Part shown: piece by piece, positions 58,680-64,000 of the stretch | How positions within the stretch are numbered: the first letter of the stretch is position 1 | How the letters are laid out: each line of letters opens with the position of its first letter | Assembly: GCA_965205405.1 (NCBI GenBank) | Contig: OZ242169.1 | Location: 2,381,826-2,445,825, forward strand | Direction: 5' to 3' | DNA length: 64,000 nucleotides | Source of the DNA: Gammaproteobacteria bacterium | Lineage (GTDB): Bacteria > Pseudomonadota > Gammaproteobacteria > Eutrophobiales > Eutrophobiaceae | Notes under the pieces: generated by a model | Told to the model about the DNA's origin: nothing | Database searches by the model: none | The model's input: the letters and a program-made list of their open reading frames with translations, nothing else | Translations under genes and position numbers: made by a program

Positions 58680-60970
58680 CAGAACTCCATGCCGAAACGT
58701 ACCATGTATTGTCGGGGCGCAATCAGTTCATCTCCGGTGGCGCCCACTCCAAAAACGTCGGTAAAGCGGGCATTGATACCGTCTTCATCGCCCAGGTTCA
58801 TCGCCATCAGGTTGATGTGCCAGGGGTAGGCGTCCGGCGCGATACTGAGCATCAGGTTGACGATATTATAGCTCGGCACGTCGTCAGCTATCGGATTGTT
58901 GAAGATACGGTGCTGGAAGCCGTCGCGGTAGGTGTACTGCACGCTGCCTTCGAGGTCGGCCCAACTGCTCAGGCGGCCGCGGTAACGCAGCATCACATCT
59001 GCGGTGAACTTGGGTGTTTTGGCCAGCTTATTGCCGTTGACGTCTGTGATCACGGCGGCGCGTGCCTGCTCGATCTCTGGACCAATGAGAAAGGCTCCCT
59101 GGCCGAGCAGTGCATTAGTTACCGCCTCGGACTGCACGTTATCCAGGGCCAGGTGAGATTCGGTGATCTCCGTTTCCAGCCAGGATAAACGGGCGTCCAG
59201 GGTGAACCTGTCGGTTATGAAACTGAGGAGTTCCAGCTCTGCGCCGTAGATTTCGGAGCCCGGAAGGTTGCCGACGCCGCCGTTAAACACTTCGGGGTCA
59301 GTTGCCTGGTACTGCAGGTTCTTATAGTCGTAGTAGAAGACGGCCGCGTTCAGACGAATCCGGTTGTCTGCGAAGTCCGTCTTGATGCCCAGTTCCCAGG
59401 CCTCAATCGTTTCATCCTTAAAGGTTGGCAGCACCAGTATGGGTGAGATGACATCCTCGATGCCGAAGGTCAGGTTGCTGCCGCCCGGTTTGAAACCGCG
59501 GGTGTATGAGCCGTATACCATGGTGTCATCACCCAGGTCGTATTCCAGCGCGCCGCGGCCGGTGACCTTTTCACTTTTTACTTCGAGTATATCCGTGCCC
59601 TCGCGGCCGAAATAGTTGGTCACCTCGGAGTAGACCTCATCCTCCGTATAACGCAGGCCGGCTATCAGACGCATGCGGTCGGTGAAGTGATAAGTTCCCT
59701 GGCCGTAAACGGAGATCGAGTCCCGCTCCGGCTTGGAATCAGAGATAAAGCCGACCTCTCCGCCGTAGCTCAGCACCTGTTCCACCGTGACCGGGCCAAA
59801 TACACCGTTTTTATCGATGTCTACGTACTCACGAATGAGAATATCTATCTCTGTATCCAGGTAGAAGACCCCGGCTACCCAGTCCAGCTTGCCCCAAAGT
59901 GGTTCGGCGGATATCAGGTTGAATTCCTGAGTGAAAGTTTTCTGCCGATTGGTCTCGGGATCGAAAACGGCGGGTAGAGGTGGAAAAGAGATGCCCTGGT
60001 TGATAAGGGTCGCATAATCGTTGCGGTCGTTGTCCCGCACTACGGCAATATCATCGTCCTGGTAACTGGTCAGCGATTTCACCGTGAAGGCCGATAAGTC
60101 CCATTCGGCAACAAGGCTGTACAACTGGCTTTCCAGGTCGTATTTGTTTTCCGAGTTTTGCGCCAGCCGGCGTTTACCTGGGGTGCGGTCGAGGATACCC
60201 TTCTGCGCTGCCCCGTTGGTATCTTCCTCATAGTACTGGGCGGTGAGGTTGAACCGCAGGTTTTCCGCGGGGTTCCAGAACAGGCGGACCCGGCCGGAAA
60301 TATTGTCTGCCTGGTCCAATTCCTGGTCCAGTACGATATTCCTGCTGAATCCGTCGTGGTTATGGTAAGAAACAGAGGCGCGCAAGGCCAGGGTATCACT
60401 CATTGGGACATTCACTGAGCCCCGGGTCCGTATCAGGCCGTAGTTACCTACGGTCAGGTCGGCATTACCGAAAAACTCCTCGGTATCGGGCGCCTGGGTG
60501 ATCACGTTGATAGCGCCGCCCGTGGAATTCTGACCGAACAGGGTGCCCTGAGGACCGCGCAATACTTCAATGCGCTCGATATCCAGGAAATCCGTGTGCA
60601 GCGCATAGGGTGAGGCCACGTAAATGCCGTCCAGGTGATAGGAGACGGAAGGGTTGGCGCTCGCATTCTGGTTGGTTTCATTCCCTACGCCGCGAATGGA
60701 GATGACGGTTTTGAAACCTTCGTTCTTGGCGACTGTCACCCCGGGGGCAATACTGCTCAAATCCACGAAGGAGGTAATGTTCCGGTTGTCTATGTCCTCG
60801 CCGGACAGCGCCGTGACGGCCTGGGACAGGTCTTGCAGGCTTTCGGAGCGTTTTTCCGCGGTGACTATGATCTCTTCAAGCAGCGGTCTTTCATTCTGCG
60901 CCACGGCATTCAGTGGGATCAGTGCGGATATCATGCATAGCAGATATGGGTAGGGTATCAATGTTTTCAT
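58679..60970 (-). CDS. TonB-dependent receptor whose stop overlaps the ureD start
   Basis: 763 aa. Plug motifs EEIIVTAEKRSE and RIEVLRGPQGTLFGQNSTGGAINV. C-terminal FGMEF. Confidence 0.9.
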   Translation of the reverse strand: MKTLIPYPYLLCMISALIPLNAVAQNERPLLEEIIVTAEKRSESLQDLSQAVTALSGEDIDNRNITSFVDLSSIAPGVTVAKNEGFKTVISIRGVGNETNQNASANPSVSYHLDGIYVASPYALHTDFLDIERIEVLRGPQGTLFGQNSTGGAINVITQAPDTEEFFGNADLTVGNYGLIRTRGSVNVPMSDTLALRASVSYHNHDGFSRNIVLDQELDQADNISGRVRLFWNPAENLRFNLTAQYYEEDTNGAAQKGILDRTPGKRRLAQNSENKYDLESQLYSLVAEWDLSAFTVKSLTSYQDDDIAVVRDNDRNDYATLINQGISFPPLPAVFDPETNRQKTFTQEFNLISAEPLWGKLDWVAGVFYLDTEIDILIREYVDIDKNGVFGPVTVEQVLSYGGEVGFISDSKPERDSISVYGQGTYHFTDRMRLIAGLRYTEDEVYSEVTNYFGREGTDILEVKSEKVTGRGALEYDLGDDTMVYGSYTRGFKPGGSNLTFGIEDVISPILVLPTFKDETIEAWELGIKTDFADNRIRLNAAVFYYDYKNLQYQATDPEVFNGGVGNLPGSEIYGAELELLSFITDRFTLDARLSWLETEITESHLALDNVQSEAVTNALLGQGAFLIGPEIEQARAAVITDVNGNKLAKTPKFTADVMLRYRGRLSSWADLEGSVQYTYRDGFQHRIFNNPIADDVPSYNIVNLMLSIAPDAYPWHINLMAMNLGDEDGINARFTDVFGVGATGDELIAPRQYMVRFGMEF

Positions 60971-61159
60971 TACAATTTCTCTATCAGGTTTTTGAATTTG
61001 CGGGGATCGTATGATGCCCTGTTATTATGCTTCTACGCGCACAAAAATGCATTAATGCACCATTACGGTGCAATAAACTAAATATTACGGTAATACGGTA
61101 GCTATGTAACTTATTGTAGCAACTACTGTGCCAATCGCCGGAAAGACGATAATCTGGAT

Positions 61160-61870
61160 TCATAAAGTATGTGTTTGCCTTGGGAACGGGGCGGGGTTGG
61201 CGGTAATCTTTTCCAGTTCGGCAAATACCCGGGTACTGGTTTCCAGCGTTCTCTGGATATGGTACTTCGTTGCCGTACAGGCAGCGTCCGCGTCCCGTGA
61301 CAGGGTTGTTTCCATGATTTTCCGGTGCTCCAGGTGGACGTCCCGATCTTCATCGCGAGTTAATATGGCAATGAAACGGTATCGCTTGTGTTGTTCATAT
61401 AGTATATGGCGCAAGCGTAACAGCCAGGGGGAGGCACAGGCGGCAACCAGGGACTCATGAAACTCTTCGTTGCGCCGCTCCCACTCGGCCAGGTTGTTGC
61501 CATAGCTTTGTTCGGCTTTTTGCAGGCGGTGATAAGCTGCGACCAGGTTTGCTTCCCATTCATCGTCACCGTTCCTGATGCTGTCCCGCAGCGCCTCGCA
61601 TTCCAGCATGATGCGCATGCGGCTCAGATCCTGCAGGTCGTCCAGGGAAATAGGCGCAACCTTGAATCCTCGCTGTTCTTCGACCGTGACAAAGCCTTCA
61701 CCGGCTAACCTGTTCAATGCCTCCCGCAACGGGCTTGCCCCGATCTGGTATTCTTCCCGCAGTTCCTCAATACGGAGTTTGGCGCCCGGCGCCAGTTTTC
61801 CGGCTATGATATCGGAACGAAGCCGGTTATAGGATGATTCGACCAGCGTTTTGGCAGGTGAAGAGGGCAT
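61160..61870 (-). CDS. GntR family (FadR/FCD-type) transcriptional regulator
   Basis: N-terminal winged helix-turn-helix YNRLRSDIIAGKLAPGAKLRIEELREEYQIGASPLREAL plus a C-terminal FCD domain. Confidence 0.8.
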   Translation of the reverse strand: MPSSPAKTLVESSYNRLRSDIIAGKLAPGAKLRIEELREEYQIGASPLREALNRLAGEGFVTVEEQRGFKVAPISLDDLQDLSRMRIMLECEALRDSIRNGDDEWEANLVAAYHRLQKAEQSYGNNLAEWERRNEEFHESLVAACASPWLLRLRHILYEQHKRYRFIAILTRDEDRDVHLEHRKIMETTLSRDADAACTATKYHIQRTLETSTRVFAELEKITANPAPFPRQTHTL

Positions 61871-62058
61871 TGTTAAAGGCTATTATTTATTTGCATTTGC
61901 AGTTATGTAAAAATATCGATAAAAAAAATAAATATCGATATAATTTAACGCCAGTGATATAAAATAGTACTATATCCGGATAAAGAAAACAGAGTCTGCT
62001 TCGTTTAACTCCTGCCTGGAGCAAGACGGATAAGACCGATAATACAATAAATCTGATT

Positions 62059-62850
62059 ATGCTGGAATTATACACACACCCCATGTCACCCTGTGCCCAG
62101 AAGGTGCGTATTGTATTGGCGGAAAAGCGCCTGGACTGGGAAAAACGTCACGTAAACCTGGCCGAAAAGGAAAACCTCAGCCCGGATTATCTCAAACTGA
62201 ACCCTCTGGGTGTGGTGCCGACCCTGGTCGACGAAGGACAACCGATCATCGAATCATCCATTATCTGTGAGTACCTGGAGGATAAATTCTCCGAACCGGA
62301 ACTACGGCCTGACAATCCCTACCACAGGGCGCAAATGCGTTTCTGGATGAAACATATAGATATCAAGGTTCATCCCAGTTGCGGCGCCCTGCAATGGCCG
62401 TTGCTGATGGCGGACAAACTCAGACAAATGTCGCAGGTGGAGATGGACGCCATGATCGACCGGGTTGTGGAAAAACCCCGGCGCGAACGCCAGCGGCGCT
62501 TATTGAAACAAGGCTATGATGCGCCTGATGTCGTTGATGCCGTCGGCACGTATGAAAAGACCATTACCGATATGGAACAGGTATTGAGCAAACAGGACTG
62601 GTTGGCGGGCGACAGGTTTTCCCTGGCTGATGCGGCCATGGCGCCGTATTTTCAAACCTTATACCAGTTTGGCTGGACTGACTGGTACCTGAACCGCAAG
62701 AACGTTGCAGACTGGTATGAAAGGTGTATGAAGCGTTCATCCTACCAGACCGGGGTAGCGGCCGATTTCCCCGCGGAAAAACTGGCTGAACTGAACAGCA
62801 AGGGCGAAGCGCCCTGGCGAAAAATTCAAGAGTACCTGGGTACGGGATAA
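62059..62850 (+). CDS. Glutathione S-transferase family protein
   Basis: GST N-terminal thioredoxin-like fold: MLELYTHPMSPCAQKVRIVLAEK...NPLGVVPTL...ESSIICEYL. Confidence 0.8.
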   Translation: MLELYTHPMSPCAQKVRIVLAEKRLDWEKRHVNLAEKENLSPDYLKLNPLGVVPTLVDEGQPIIESSIICEYLEDKFSEPELRPDNPYHRAQMRFWMKHIDIKVHPSCGALQWPLLMADKLRQMSQVEMDAMIDRVVEKPRRERQRRLLKQGYDAPDVVDAVGTYEKTITDMEQVLSKQDWLAGDRFSLADAAMAPYFQTLYQFGWTDWYLNRKNVADWYERCMKRSSYQTGVAADFPAEKLAELNSKGEAPWRKIQEYLGTG

Positions 62851-62852
62851 AG

Positions 62853-63278
62853 ATGAAACTAACGGTAGAGCAGAATAATATTCATTGGGAGGCGGCGCAT
62901 GCGCTGGTACAGGCCGCAGTGAAGCAGGCTGATGAAATGAATGTAAAAGTCAACGTCGCAGTAGTGGACAGCGGCGGCCACCTGGCAGCATTCCTGCGCA
63001 TGCCGGGTTCGGCGTTCCACTCCGTTGACGTGGCCATCAGTAAGGCTTACACGGCTATGAGTTTCGGTATGCCTACGTCACAGTGGCAGAACGTCATCGA
63101 TAATTTGTCTGTTCCGTGTCAAACGGGCCTGCCGTCGGTGGATCGGTTGATGACTTGCGGCGGGGGTGTTCCCATAGAAGTTGAAGGGCGTCGTATCGGC
63201 GCCATCGGCGTCTCAGGGGCAACTGAAAAACAGGATGAGGAAATCGGCCAACACGCACTGGCAATTTTACGGGGATAG
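62853..63278 (+). CDS. GlcG/HbpS-like (DUF336) putative heme- or cofactor-binding protein
   Basis: 141 aa. AVVDSGGHLAAFLRMPGS...SKAYTAMSFG...GGVPIEVEGRRIGAIGVSG. Confidence 0.6.
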   Translation: MKLTVEQNNIHWEAAHALVQAAVKQADEMNVKVNVAVVDSGGHLAAFLRMPGSAFHSVDVAISKAYTAMSFGMPTSQWQNVIDNLSVPCQTGLPSVDRLMTCGGGVPIEVEGRRIGAIGVSGATEKQDEEIGQHALAILRG

Positions 63279-63387
63279 GATATTTGGGGTCAGAGTAAAG
63301 GATATTTGGGGTCAGAGTAAAAATACAGCCCTGCTAGCAGGTAAAGCCGGATTATTGCTGGGTATTTTTACTCTGACCCCAAATATC
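63278..63387. repeat. Palindromic MITE/REPIN-like element, copy 7, with its left arm tandemly duplicated
   Basis: GGATATTTGGGGTCAGAGTAAA occurs twice (63278 and 63300). The right arm is at 63361-63387. Overlaps the stop of the upstream gene. Confidence 0.8.
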
Positions 63388-63440
63388 GCAAATATTCCGG
63401 GTCATGATGGACTACAAGTCTGGTATGAGGGTTCAGGTTA

Positions 63441-64000
63441 ATGCACGCAAAAGTAGAACAAGTCATTTCAGGTACGCCGTTTTGTCATTTCGTTAATGGC
63501 GAATATATCGGGTCTGCCGGCGGCAGGATGTTCGATACGCTCAACCCGGCAACGGGTATGGCATACGCACAGGTCCATGAAGCGGGCAGGGAAGAGGTAG
63601 ACGCGGCAGTCAACGCTGCCCGTGCCGCCCTGACAGGACCCTGGGGCGCGATGACGATACAGCAACGGGTCGCGTTATTGTATGACGTGGCCGACGGGAT
63701 TAATGCCCGCTTCGATGATTTTCTTGAAGCGGAATGCCTTGATACCGGCAAGCCCTGGTCATTGGCCAGGCACGTCGATATTCCGCGGGGTGCGGCCAAC
63801 TTCAAAATCTTTGCGGATATCATCAAGAACGTACCCGCTGAATCCTTCATGATGGATACCCCGGACGGGGCCGGGGCGCTGAATTATGCGCTGCGCGTGC
63901 CCAAGGGGGTTATCGGAGTCATCTGTCCCTGGAATTTGCCCTTGCTGCTGATGACCTGGAAAGTCGGACCGGCGCTGGCCTGCGGCAACACGGTCGTTGT
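63441..64000 (+). CDS. NAD(P)-dependent aldehyde dehydrogenase (5' partial, runs off the window)
   Basis: ALDH family motifs: LNPATG...VDAAVNAARAA...LECGGKPW-like...PWNLPLLLMTWKVGPALACGNTVV. Confidence 0.85.
   Translation, partial: MHAKVEQVISGTPFCHFVNGEYIGSAGGRMFDTLNPATGMAYAQVHEAGREEVDAAVNAARAALTGPWGAMTIQQRVALLYDVADGINARFDDFLEAECLDTGKPWSLARHVDIPRGAANFKIFADIIKNVPAESFMMDTPDGAGALNYALRVPKGVIGVICPWNLPLLLMTWKVGPALACGNTVV

Overview
Dense bacterial chromosomal window, about 55% GC, from a TonB-dependent-receptor-rich organism. It is probably a marine gammaproteobacterium; that is inference from gene content only.

Most of the window encodes catabolism of quaternary amines and osmolytes:
- Heterotetrameric sarcosine oxidase soxBDAG.
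- Three paralogous dimethylglycine/sarcosine-dehydrogenase-family genes.
- An MttB-superfamily methyltransferase with its corrinoid protein.
- Two BCCT transporters.
- A GbdR/CdhR-like regulator with carnitine-catabolic genes: a DUF849 cleavage enzyme, an L-carnitine-dehydrogenase-like gene, a CaiD-like crotonase, an acyl-CoA dehydrogenase and a BBOX-like dioxygenase.

A complete urease operon ureDABCEFG sits directly behind a TonB-dependent receptor. Five TonB-dependent receptors are present, and the first two are frameshifted. Also present are a Fic gene, a DinJ/YafQ toxin-antitoxin remnant, an IS200/IS605-type (RAYT-like) transposase with reiterated end fragments, and a eukaryote-like glyoxalase I between two paralogous cupin genes.

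The most unusual region is a roughly 9-kb block at 30947..40159. It is bracketed by about 155-bp inverted repeats that embed copies of a dispersed palindromic element of about 88 bp. Seven copies of this element occur in the window, all intergenic. Inside the block are:
- A translationally coupled operon: sulfotransferase, aspartyl/asparaginyl-beta-hydroxylase-like oxygenase, HD-domain (PhnZ/MIOX-like) protein.
- An intact TPR-sulfotransferase.
- A degraded TPR-sulfotransferase paralog.
- A TonB-dependent receptor.

I propose this as the candidate undescribed system.

All product calls rest on motif and homology recognition by eye; no database searches were run. The ORF track uses alternative start codons, so some N-termini were re-set to internal ATG or GTG starts where a ribosome-binding site or family length supported it.
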